A stretch of 31,735 bases of DNA from Dehalococcoidia bacterium (GTDB lineage: Bacteria; Chloroflexota; Dehalococcoidia; GIF9; AB-539-J10), in NCBI GenBank assembly GCA_030612165.1, contig JAUWOK010000001.1, positions 1 to 31,735 on the forward strand. The letters run 5' to 3'. The position numbers and the translations under genes are program-made. The notes below the pieces were generated by a model. The model saw nothing but the letters and a program-made list of their open reading frames with translations. It was not told the DNA's origin and searched no databases. Shown in pieces: positions 1-7,694 of the stretch. The first letter of the stretch is position 1, and each line of letters begins with the position of its first letter.

Positions 1-734
1 AGCCGGTCTAAGTTCTGGGAAGATATAAAGACGTAGGCGAGACTACTTTGAGACTGGAAAAGACCAAACAGTGTCTCTTCAACCGCATCCTCATCCGGGT
101 ACAGGCCTTCGTCTCTACCCATCATAGAGCCTTCCATCAGCAGATAGTCTATATTCGGTGGTGGGTTCTTGTTCAGCCTGTCGAGGAGCACAGCTTTTCG
201 CCCGTGCCCCCTGAAATCCCCTGTATAGAATATGCGCTGGCCATCGGCTTCGATGAGAAAGGCCACCGCATCGGGCGCAGAGTGATCCATAAGATAGGGA
301 GTGATTGTGAATTCTCCGATCTGGAACGGCTTCCACATTGTGACGGTCCTGATGTTCTCAAGCCTGACATTGGTGTCCAGAAAGATGTTTGATACCTCCA
401 CCAGGCTCTTGGTTCCGGGACTCATGAAAAGAGGAATCTGGGGATTCACGAATCTGAACAGACCGTAATGGTCAATATGGGCATGAGACAGTAAGACTGC
501 AGCAATAATGGGGCTCTCGTTTGCATACAGACCAGTGATGGCAGGAAGAACTCCATTCGAAATAAGTTCTTGTTGAGTAAGATTCAGGTGTTCATCCCAC
601 TTGAAGGGAGACCTATCTGGATTTACCAGCGGCATCCCAAAATCAAGGATTGCGCGGGTTTGGCCGGAATCGGACACCAGTTCGACACAGCTACCGCCGA
701 TCTCGTGAGTGCCGTGGTGTATAGTCAGTCTCAC
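1..734 (-). CDS. MBL-fold metallo-hydrolase, RNase J-like/beta-CASP (3' end outside window)
   Basis: Hand translation from GTG at 734 gives 244 codons with no stop to the window edge. It begins MRLTIHHGTHEIGGSCVEL and contains SHAHIDHYG (HxHxDH), MDHSAPDA, FYTGDFRGHG, LLMEGS and FISSQNLDR. A purine-rich SD-like AAGGGGAAG lies upstream. Not in the ORF track. Confidence 0.88.
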   Translation of the reverse strand, partial: MRLTIHHGTHEIGGSCVELVSDSGQTRAILDFGMPLVNPDRSPFKWDEHLNLTQQELISNGVLPAITGLYANESPIIAAVLLSHAHIDHYGLFRFVNPQIPLFMSPGTKSLVEVSNIFLDTNVRLENIRTVTMWKPFQIGEFTITPYLMDHSAPDAVAFLIEADGQRIFYTGDFRGHGRKAVLLDRLNKNPPPNIDYLLMEGSMMGRDEGLYPDEDAVEETLFGLFQSQSSLAYVFISSQNLDR

Positions 735-915
735 CTACGCTTCCCCTTCATGAGTATTCCCAGAGGCTGTGGTCATTCTATCAGGAATAATAATTATTGT
801 GTCGCATTTGCCGAATAAGTCGGCCAGGTTAAGAATAGAAGCCATGGTGCCCTTGTCAGGACAGCGAATGGCCGTTAGGTCGACAATTAGTTCTTCTGTG
901 CTGTTTAATGAGTAC
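735..915 (-). pseudogene. Possible 5'-truncated gene remnant (or a 36-aa ORF at 735..845)
   Basis: Open frame YSLNSTEELIVDLTAIRCPDKGTMASILNLADLFGKCDTIIIIPDRMTTASGNTHEGEA*. Its TAG (735-737) abuts the GTG of the MBL gene. There is no ATG/GTG/TTG upstream of 845 before the next in-frame stop near 1068. Confidence 0.3.
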
Positions 916-921
916 GGCTGT

Positions 922-950
922 TTGACTTTTATCTTGTTCTTCTCTATACT
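922..950 (+). promoter_or_regulatory. Sigma70-type promoter of the tRNA-tuf operon
   Basis: TTGACT (922-927), 17-bp spacer, TATACT (945-950), 14 nt before tRNA-Thr. Confidence 0.8.
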
Positions 951-964
951 GCTCGTTTGGAAAT

Positions 965-1037
965 GCCCGGGTGGCGCAATGGCAGCGCAACCGATTTGTA
1001 ATCGGTAGGTTAGTGGGTTCGAATCCCCTCTCGGGCT
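965..1037 (+). tRNA. tRNA-Thr(UGU)
   Basis: Acceptor GCCCGGG/CTCGGGC, D stem GCGC/GCGC, anticodon arm ACCGA-TTTGTAA-TCGGT, T loop TTCGAAT. CCA not encoded. Confidence 0.93.
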
Positions 1038-1098
1038 GTGTTTGTGATTGATGGCGAGTGTGAAACTTCATCGTTTTTGTGATAGGCTATAACGCGGC

Positions 1099-1184
1099 GG
1101 AGGGGTGCCGGAGTGGTTAATCGGAGCAGACTGTAAATCTGCCGCCTTTGGGCTGCGTAGGTTCGAATCCTACCCCCTCCACCA
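1099..1184 (+). tRNA. tRNA-Tyr(GUA)
   Basis: Acceptor GGAGGGG/CCCCTCC, anticodon arm GCAGA-CTGTAAA-TCTGC, long variable arm, encoded CCA. Confidence 0.96.
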
Positions 1185-1199
1185 GATGTGGTATAATGT

Positions 1200-1272
1200 G
1201 CCCGCATAGCTCAGTTGGCAGAGCACGTTCTTGGTAAGAACGGGGTCACCAGTTCGAATCTGGTTGTGGGCT
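1200..1272 (+). tRNA. tRNA-Thr(GGU)
   Basis: Acceptor GCCCGCA/TGTGGGC, anticodon arm CGTTC-TTGGTAA-GAACG, T loop TTCGAAT. Confidence 0.95.
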
Positions 1273-1334
1273 TTTGTTGGTAAAAGTCGACAATTAAATA
1301 TAAAATAAGAAGGTTGTGCAAGGAGGTTCTAGAA

Positions 1335-2534
1335 ATGGCCAAGGAAGTTTATGTTCGTTCTAAGCCGCATCTCAACGTGGGCACCATAGGGCATGTGGAT
1401 CATGGTAAGACTACCCTTACTTCGGCGATGACGAGAGTGCTGTCTACTGTAGGAGCCGCTAATTATCGTTCTTTTGATTCTATAGATAACGCGCCTGAAG
1501 AGAAGGCCAGGGGCGTAACGATCCAGATTGCTCATATCGAATATGAAACCGAGAAGCGTCACTACGCTCATGTAGATTGCCCCGGGCATGCTGACTATAT
1601 CAAGAATATGATCACAGGGGCGGCTCAGATGGATGGGGCGATACTGGTTGTTGCCGCTGATGACGGCCCTATGCCGCAAACACGGGAACATATCCTCCTG
1701 GCCAGGCAGGTAGAGGTTCCTTATTTGATAGTTGCCCTGAACAAGATAGACATGATGGAGGATGAGGAATTGCTGGATCTAGTGGAGATGGAAGTGCGGG
1801 AACTGCTGACCTCATATGGTTTCCCGGGCGACGATACTCCCATTGTGCGATTAAGTGCTTTTAAGGCCATGGAGTGTGGGTGTGGCAAGCGGGATTGCCA
1901 GTGGTGCGGCAAAGTATGGGATTTGCTTGATGCGGTAGATAGTTATATCCCTGTGCCGGACCGACCCAGGGATAAGCCATTTTTAATGCCTGTCGAAGAT
2001 GTTTTTAGCATTAAGGGTCGTGGCACTGTAGTTACTGGTAGGGTAGAGAGCGGCACGGTTAAAGTTGGCAACGAAATCGAAATAGTGGGTATTAAAGATA
2101 CGAGAAAGACCGTGGTTACGGGTGTAGAAATGTTCCATAAATCTATGGAGACGGCGGAGGCGGGAGACGCTGTCGGGTGTTTGCTCAGGGGAGTAGAAAA
2201 GGATGATGTGGAGAGGGGGCAGGTACTGGCTGCTCCGAGCACGATAAAAGCGCATAAGGAAGCAGAGGTGGAAGTTTACATTTTGAAGAAGGAGGAGGGA
2301 GGCAGGCATACGCCTTTCTTCGATGGATACAAACCTCAGTTTTTTATCAGGACGATGGATATAACAGGCGTGATACATCTTCCCGAGGGAGTAGAGATGG
2401 CTATGCCTGGCGACCAGTTAGTCAAAATGAAAATAGAGACTATTTACCCTGTCCCGATGGAGGCTGGCTTGCGTTTTGCTGTTAGAGAGGGAGGCAAGAC
2501 GGTTGGTGCGGGTGTAATTACTAAAGTTTTGTAA
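1335..2534 (+). CDS. tuf: Elongation factor Tu
   Basis: [39 protein letters not shown] at 1321-1326 supports ATG 1335. Confidence 0.99.
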   Translation: MAKEVYVRSKPHLNVGTIGHVDHGKTTLTSAMTRVLSTVGAANYRSFDSIDNAPEEKARGVTIQIAHIEYETEKRHYAHVDCPGHADYIKNMITGAAQMDGAILVVAADDGPMPQTREHILLARQVEVPYLIVALNKIDMMEDEELLDLVEMEVRELLTSYGFPGDDTPIVRLSAFKAMECGCGKRDCQWCGKVWDLLDAVDSYIPVPDRPRDKPFLMPVEDVFSIKGRGTVVTGRVESGTVKVGNEIEIVGIKDTRKTVVTGVEMFHKSMETAEAGDAVGCLLRGVEKDDVERGQVLAAPSTIKAHKEAEVEVYILKKEEGGRHTPFFDGYKPQFFIRTMDITGVIHLPEGVEMAMPGDQLVKMKIETIYPVPMEAGLRFAVREGGKTVGAGVITKVL

Positions 2535-2552
2535 GAAAGATACGGCATAGAT

Positions 2553-2723
2553 ATGGCGAAGAAAAAAGGCGAATTGCGCCCGGTTATACAGCTTGCGTGT
2601 ACTCAGTGTCAGGAGAGGACTTATACCACGACCAAGAATATCAGAAATGATCCTCAACGGCTGGAAATGAAGAAGTTTTGTCCCAGGTGTCGTGCATTCA
2701 TCGTTCACCGGGAAGTTAAGTAA
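2553..2723 (+). CDS. rpmG: 50S ribosomal protein bL33 (Zn-binding C+ type)
   Basis: Hand translation [56 protein letters not shown] (56 aa, two CxxC). Lies between tuf and secE. Not in the ORF track. Confidence 0.95.
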   Translation: MAKKKGELRPVIQLACTQCQERTYTTTKNIRNDPQRLEMKKFCPRCRAFIVHREVK

Positions 2724-2725
2724 TC

Positions 2726-2971
2726 ATGGCAGCTGGAACGCGGAAAGCTAAAGGTACTGGTCAGGTGCTTCAAGTTAAAAAGAGCAGGTTTGCGGGGGCT
2801 AAGGAAGTTGTGGCTGAGCTTAAAAAGGCATATTGGCCGACAAAGCAGGAGGCTCTACGATTAAGTGTCCTTGTGCTTGTTATCTGCGTTATTATTGGAG
2901 TTATCTTGGGCCTGTTTGATTGGGGATTTTCCGAGCTAATAACGAACGTGTTCTTAGGCGTGGGCAACTGA
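2726..2971 (+). CDS. secE: Preprotein translocase subunit SecE
   Basis: ELKKAYWPT motif plus a single TM segment; directly upstream of nusG. Confidence 0.93.
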   Translation: MAAGTRKAKGTGQVLQVKKSRFAGAKEVVAELKKAYWPTKQEALRLSVLVLVICVIIGVILGLFDWGFSELITNVFLGVGN

Positions 2972-2972
2972 G

Positions 2973-3503
2973 ATGGTTGATAAAAACAAGTGGTATTTAC
3001 TATACACTTCGTCAGGAGCCGAAGAGAGGGCGCGGAGAAATCTTGAGCAGCGTGTCAAATATATGGACGCTGGCGACAAGATCTTCCGTGTGGTTTTGCC
3101 CTCGGCGAAGGAGATTGAAATCAAGAATGGCAAGCGCCATATTATGGATAGGAAGGCTTTTCCCGGTTATATTATGGTACAGATGGCTCTTGATGAGCAG
3201 AGTATAGAGATGGTGCGTACTACACCTGGTGTTGCCGGCTTTGTTAGCAGAGGGTCCCAACCAGTGCCGTTGAGTGACAAAGAAGTGAGCACTATTTTAC
3301 AGAGGATGGAAGAGGTGCCCACAGAGATAAAGGTGACTTTCAAGAAAGGGGAAAGTATTCGTGTTGTTAGTGGACCGTTTGTCGATTTTATTGGCAAAGT
3401 CGATGATATTAATCTGGATAAGGGGAAGGTGACGGTTTTGCTGTCGCTTTTTGGCAGGGAAACCTCGGTAGAATTGGATCTTTCGGGAGCGGAAAAGATA
3501 TAA
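2973..3503 (+). CDS. nusG: Transcription termination/antitermination factor NusG
   Basis: NGN domain ([17 protein letters not shown]) and KOW domain (GPFVDFIG...[10 protein letters not shown]). Confidence 0.98.
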   Translation: MVDKNKWYLLYTSSGAEERARRNLEQRVKYMDAGDKIFRVVLPSAKEIEIKNGKRHIMDRKAFPGYIMVQMALDEQSIEMVRTTPGVAGFVSRGSQPVPLSDKEVSTILQRMEEVPTEIKVTFKKGESIRVVSGPFVDFIGKVDDINLDKGKVTVLLSLFGRETSVELDLSGAEKI

Positions 3504-3504
3504 A

Positions 3505-3927
3505 ATGGCGAAGAAAATTAAGACAGTAATTAAGTTGCAGATTTCTGCAGGAAAGGCGACACCGGCTCCTCCGGTGGGGCCAGCATTGGGTCAACATGGT
3601 GTTAACATCATGGTTTTTTGCAAAGAATATAATGAGCGTACTGCTTCTCAGGAAGGCTATATCGTTCCTGTGGAGATTACTGTTTATGCGGATCGGTCTT
3701 TTACTTTTATAACTAAGGCGCCACCAGCTTCTGATTTGCTACGTCGCGCCCTGGGGGTGGAGAAGGGAAGTAGTAGGCCGGGAGTGGAAATAATAGGCTC
3801 ATTGAGCAGAGATAAAATTCAGGAGGTGGCTCAAATCAAGATGAAGGATCTCAATGCTACTGACCTAAATAGTGCAGTGAAGATTATTGAAGGTACAGCT
3901 CGTGGCATGGGGATTAAGGTGGAATAA
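3505..3927 (+). CDS. rplK: 50S ribosomal protein uL11
   Basis: [30 protein letters not shown]. Confidence 0.99.
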   Translation: MAKKIKTVIKLQISAGKATPAPPVGPALGQHGVNIMVFCKEYNERTASQEGYIVPVEITVYADRSFTFITKAPPASDLLRRALGVEKGSSRPGVEIIGSLSRDKIQEVAQIKMKDLNATDLNSAVKIIEGTARGMGIKVE

Positions 3928-4638
3928 ATGGCGAAACAAGGGAAGAAATATCAGGAAGCCAGCAAGTTAGTAGATAGGTTGAAGCTTTATTCTCCTGCGG
4001 AGGCTGTTACTCTGGCTAAGAAAGCCTCTTATGCTGATTTTGATGAGACCGTAGAGCTTCATTTGAAAATGGGAGTGAACCCACGAAGTGCCGATCAATT
4101 GGTGCGGGGTGTGGCGGTGTTGCCTCATGGCCTGGGCAAGAAAATACGGGTACTGGTATTTACACAGGGTGAGGGAGTGAGATTGGCTGAAGAGGCAGAG
4201 GCTGACCATGTTGGCGCGGACGATCTTGTAAAGAAAATTGAGGAGGGGTGGCTTGACTTTGATGTGTCGGTAGCTACTCCTGATATGATGCCCAAGGTAG
4301 CAAAGCTGGGGCGTATTTTGGGAAGAAAAGGGCTCATGCCCAATCCTAAGTCAGGGACGGGGGTGGCGGTCCAGGATTTGCCCCGGGCAATCAACGAAGT
4401 TCGCCAGGGTAGAGTAGAATTCCGATTGGACAGAACTGCCGTTATCCACGTGCCGATAGGCAAGATCAGTTTTGAAGAAGACAAGCTTCTGGAAAATCTA
4501 TCGGCACTGGTAGAGGCTATAGTGAAGGCTAAGCCCAGCGGGGCCAAGGGGCAATATATAAAAAGCGTAGCTTTGGCCAGTACGATGGGGGTAGGATTCA
4601 AGCTGGATGTTAAGCTGGCTATGGATTTGTTTGCTTAG
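3928..4638 (+). CDS. rplA: 50S ribosomal protein uL1
   Basis: [37 protein letters not shown]. Confidence 0.99.
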   Translation: MAKQGKKYQEASKLVDRLKLYSPAEAVTLAKKASYADFDETVELHLKMGVNPRSADQLVRGVAVLPHGLGKKIRVLVFTQGEGVRLAEEAEADHVGADDLVKKIEEGWLDFDVSVATPDMMPKVAKLGRILGRKGLMPNPKSGTGVAVQDLPRAINEVRQGRVEFRLDRTAVIHVPIGKISFEEDKLLENLSALVEAIVKAKPSGAKGQYIKSVALASTMGVGFKLDVKLAMDLFA

Positions 4639-4664
4639 CGGGTATACACTGAAAGGTATATAAT
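4635..4664 (+). promoter_or_regulatory. Putative promoter of rplJL
   Basis: TATAAT at 4659-4664 about 20 nt before the L10 leader; only a weak -35 (TTAGCG, 18-bp spacer). Confidence 0.5.
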
Positions 4665-4683
4665 ATTCATTAATATATAGAGT

Positions 4684-4797
4684 GTCGATGATGGCAAGTA
4701 TCCTGATAAGGGATTTAAAGTGTGTGCTTGCTGAGACGCGAGGGGCGATTAGTGGTAATGATCCCTGTGTCTCATGGGCGCGGGGATTATTGTTTTT
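4684..4797 (+). promoter_or_regulatory. L10 leader (rplJ autoregulatory RNA) with attenuator
   Basis: GTC-GATGA-TGGCAAGTA...TTTAAAG...TGCTTGCT-GAG-AC matches the L10-leader architecture (k-turn-like internal loop plus a UUUAAAG mimic of the 23S L10 site). Followed by alternative hairpins. Confidence 0.8.
4761..4797 (+). terminator. Intrinsic terminator-like hairpin within the L10 leader
   Basis: ATCCCTGTGTC/GGCGCGGGGAT, an 11-bp stem with 3 G.U pairs, followed by TATTGTTTTT. Confidence 0.55.
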
Positions 4798-4811
4798 ATA
4801 AGGAAGGGCAA

Positions 4812-5336
4812 ATGTTAAGAGAGCAGAAAGTGAAGATGGTAGACAAGCTGGCGGATAAGTTATCTCGTAGTACGATAGTTATCAGCACGAGCTATCAAGG
4901 TGTGATGGCAAAAGATATGGTGGGCTTGCGTAGAACCCTCACCAGAGAAGGAATTGATTATTGCGTGGTGAAAAACACTTTGACTCGTCTGGCGGCCGAT
5001 AGAGTCGGCAAGAAGGATGTTATGAATATCGTTGAAGGGCCGGTAGCCCTGGCTTTTGCTTATGACGACGTGATTCAGCCAGCTAAAGTTTTGAGCAAAT
5101 ATATCAAAGCCGCTTCCCTGAACATGAGGATTGGAGGGGCGTTGATGGGAGACAGGTTGCTTGGTGCCGATGAGGTTATTGGGCTGGCAGCCTTGCCTTC
5201 TAAAGAAGTTCTTGTTTCTCAATTGTTGCAGCAGTTGCAGGTACCCATAACAGGATTACATAATGTTCTAAGCTCTCCGTTGCGAGGGCTGTTAAATGTG
5301 TTACAGGCCAAAATACAGAAAGATTTAATAAACTAA
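4812..5336 (+). CDS. rplJ: 50S ribosomal protein uL10
   Basis: [28 protein letters not shown]. Start moved to ATG 4812 (SD AGGAAGG), because the ORF-track start at 4722 lies inside the leader RNA. Confidence 0.97.
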   Translation: MLREQKVKMVDKLADKLSRSTIVISTSYQGVMAKDMVGLRRTLTREGIDYCVVKNTLTRLAADRVGKKDVMNIVEGPVALAFAYDDVIQPAKVLSKYIKAASLNMRIGGALMGDRLLGADEVIGLAALPSKEVLVSQLLQQLQVPITGLHNVLSSPLRGLLNVLQAKIQKDLIN

Positions 5337-5346
5337 GGAGGAATGG

Positions 5347-5865
5347 ATGTCACCAGAAGAGTTAGAAACGGTGGAAGAGCCTAAAGAGGAGACTCAGGAG
5401 GCTCCCAAGAAAAAAGCTAAGGAAAAAGAAGAGGAAGAAACTAAAAAGCCAGTTAAAGCGAAAAAAGAGACAGGCAAGACGATGAACAAGGAAGAGATTG
5501 TGGCAATGATTAAGGGGATGACAGTGCTGGAGTTGGCTGATCTCGTCAAAGCTCTTGAAGAAGAGTTTGGTGTTAGTGCAGCATCGGTTGCCGCCGCTCC
5601 CATGTCAGTTGCTCCTGCGGCAGAACAAGCGGCGGAGGCTTCTTCAGAGGAGCAGACGGAATTTACTGTTACTTTGAAGGAAATTGGTGAGAGTAAAATC
5701 AATGTTATTAAAGCTGTGCGTGAGGTTACATCCTTGGGATTGAAACAGGCCAAAGATCTGGTAGAGGCTGCACCTCAGGTGGTGAAGGAAAATGTTTCCA
5801 AGGAAGAAGCGACAACCGCGAAGGATAAATTACAGGCCGCAGGCGCTGTTGTAGAAATTAAGTAA
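5347..5865 (+). CDS. rplL: 50S ribosomal protein bL12 (L7/L12) with a 45-aa charged N-terminal extension
   Basis: [55 protein letters not shown]. Strong SD AAGGAGG before ATG 5347. The conserved domain begins at Met46 (5482). Confidence 0.95.
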   Translation: MSPEELETVEEPKEETQEAPKKKAKEKEEEETKKPVKAKKETGKTMNKEEIVAMIKGMTVLELADLVKALEEEFGVSAASVAAAPMSVAPAAEQAAEASSEEQTEFTVTLKEIGESKINVIKAVREVTSLGLKQAKDLVEAAPQVVKENVSKEEATTAKDKLQAAGAVVEIK

Positions 5866-5883
5866 GCAAGAGAAGTAACAAAT

Positions 5884-6144
5884 ATGACGTTAGGCACTTG
5901 CCAGGTTATTTTAGGCTTGGGGTGTTTCTTCCTCATCCTGGGGGGGGTGTTTGTGTTCCATAACCGCAGGGAAAAGGGGAGGTATTACGATTCTCTGGTT
6001 TATCGCAGGGATTTGAAAGAATTTCTGACAGGGGATCCTGAGCGATCCTGGTTGAGTGCCTGGAAAATAGGAGGAGCGGTTTCCCTATTGCTGGGAGGGT
6101 TGCTGGCAATAGCCGGCGGTGTTTTATGGTTGGTTCTTTATTAA
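5884..6144 (+). CDS. Hypothetical 2-TM membrane protein
   Basis: Two hydrophobic segments flank a charged loop (YYDSLVYRRDLKEFL); starts 18 nt after rplL. Confidence 0.75.
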   Translation: MTLGTCQVILGLGCFFLILGGVFVFHNRREKGRYYDSLVYRRDLKEFLTGDPERSWLSAWKIGGAVSLLLGGLLAIAGGVLWLVLY

Positions 6145-6158
6145 GCGCCAGGTTGCTT

Positions 6159-7271
6159 TTACTTTTTGACAAACCCTGCTTCAATGACGATATCTGGCCC
6201 GCTTCTATATGCTCGCATAGGAGATAAAGTCAGAGCCTGCTTAATATCTATCGTGTTCAGATCTCCAATCGCCTCAATGCCCCTGCCTATAATTTTGGGA
6301 GCCATAATCACTATCACTTTATCAGCAAGGCCTGCTTGCAGGAAGGAAGTAATCGTGGTTGCGCCCCCTTCCACCAGCAGGGAGGCAATATTTCTTTCTC
6401 CCAGTATGCCGAGTAAATCCGGCAGAGAAATTCCTCCGTTTTTGTCTTCTCGCACTACTAAAACTTCTACACCGGCGGTTTTTAATTCTGCCAGCTTTGT
6501 CCTGTCAGCCTGTGCTGTAGTAGCGATAAGAGTGGGGGCGACATTTTGTTCTTTGAGGACATTAGCTCCCAGAGGGATTTTTAGTTTGCTATCCAGCACA
6601 ATGCGGAGAGGGTTTTTGCCTTTAACCAGGCGGGTAGTGAGCTCAGGATTATCCAGGAGTACAGTGTTGATGCCAACCAGGATGCCGTCGTTAATGGCCC
6701 GCAGCCTGTGTGCCAGTTTTTGCGAGGGGGGGGAGCTGATCCACTGCGAACTTCCGCTGGCAGTGGCAATTCTGCCGTCTAAAGACTGGGCATATTTCAG
6801 TGTAACGAAAGGGATTCGGGAAGAAATATATTTCCAGTAGGCTTCATTGAGCTTGTGGCATTCATTTTCGAGGACGCCAACTTTTGTCTCTATGTTGTGC
6901 TGACGGAATATTTTTATGGCTTTACCGGCAACCAGAGGATTAGGATCTAACGTGCCAATGACAACTTTGCTGAACTTGCTTTCCAGAATAGCTTCTGTGC
7001 AGGGTGGGGTTTTTTTCTCATGGTGGCAACATGGCTCCAGTGTGACATAAAGAGTCGCTTTTTCTGTTTTCCCTTTCGCGTCTCGTATGGCGTCAATTTC
7101 AGCGTGATCTCCGCCATAATAGCGATGATAGCCTGCTCCTAGGATCGTATTGTCTTTTACTACCAGTGCTCCTACCATAGGGTTCGGGCTTACTCTTCCC
7201 GCGCCTTTACGCGCCAGGAGCAGAGCCTTCTTTATATAATATTCGTTCGAGAGTGTTGTTTTATCGTTCAT
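6159..7271 (-). CDS. ribD: Bifunctional riboflavin biosynthesis deaminase/reductase RibD
   Basis: PNPMVGA, HAE, TLEPCCH...TPPC (Zn deaminase domain); KYAQSLDG, SQWIS, LVEGG (reductase domain). Confidence 0.97.
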   Translation of the reverse strand: MNDKTTLSNEYYIKKALLLARKGAGRVSPNPMVGALVVKDNTILGAGYHRYYGGDHAEIDAIRDAKGKTEKATLYVTLEPCCHHEKKTPPCTEAILESKFSKVVIGTLDPNPLVAGKAIKIFRQHNIETKVGVLENECHKLNEAYWKYISSRIPFVTLKYAQSLDGRIATASGSSQWISSPPSQKLAHRLRAINDGILVGINTVLLDNPELTTRLVKGKNPLRIVLDSKLKIPLGANVLKEQNVAPTLIATTAQADRTKLAELKTAGVEVLVVREDKNGGISLPDLLGILGERNIASLLVEGGATTITSFLQAGLADKVIVIMAPKIIGRGIEAIGDLNTIDIKQALTLSPMRAYRSGPDIVIEAGFVKK

Positions 7272-7294
7272 AGAACTGCATTCTTTACGGAGAT

Positions 7295-7666
7295 TTATTT
7301 CTCTCCCAGCGCGGCAGCGATAGCATACCGTTTGCTATCGGAAAGGCTCACGGAAAAACATTTGAAATGCGCTTCGGAAGCTCGCTCCCGAGCTTTTCCA
7401 TGTAATTGTACCAGCGGTTTGCCGCTAGCATCGGCCAGGATTTCAATTTCTCGCCAGGCGATTTCTCCGGCGCCACTGCCCAGGACTTTCATTATGGCTT
7501 CTTTGGCAGCAAACCTGGAAGCCAGAGAAGGAATTCTGTTACGGCAGGCGTTTATTTCGTCTGTCGTGTAAACTTTCTCGAGAAAATGGGTTCCCCATCT
7601 CTCAACAGCGGTGCTGATGCGGTCTATTTCTATGATATCAACCCCGATAGCATTCATTTTGAACAA
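7295..7666 (-). CDS. acpS: Holo-[acyl-carrier-protein] synthase
   Basis: GVDIIEIDRI, RFAAKEAIMKVLG, GKP, VSLS. Confidence 0.95.
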   Translation of the reverse strand: MFKMNAIGVDIIEIDRISTAVERWGTHFLEKVYTTDEINACRNRIPSLASRFAAKEAIMKVLGSGAGEIAWREIEILADASGKPLVQLHGKARERASEAHFKCFSVSLSDSKRYAIAAALGEK

Positions 7667-7694
7667 TCTTTCCGTGCAAAATTATTTTTGGTTG

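Noticed and set aside
48-1071. ORF-track ORFs 48..392, 115..336, 173..370, 570..818, 769..1008, 856..1071
   Set aside because: They are shadow or alternative frames of the minus-strand MBL hydrolase, or they overlap the tRNA and its promoter; none shows a recognisable motif.
735-1272. tRNA-Thr as an integration (att) site for the MBL gene
   Set aside because: The accessory gene lies on the 5' side of the tRNA, I see no duplicated tRNA 3' end, and there is no integrase in the window.
5866-5883. Absence of rpoBC after rplL as a novelty
   Set aside because: From memory, rpoBC is also separate from rplL in Dehalococcoides, so this is a lineage trait rather than something new.
7272-7294. FMN riboswitch before ribD (and T-box before valS)
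   Set aside because: Only 23 nt separate acpS from ribD, and valS overlaps coaBC, so there is no room and no consensus motif.
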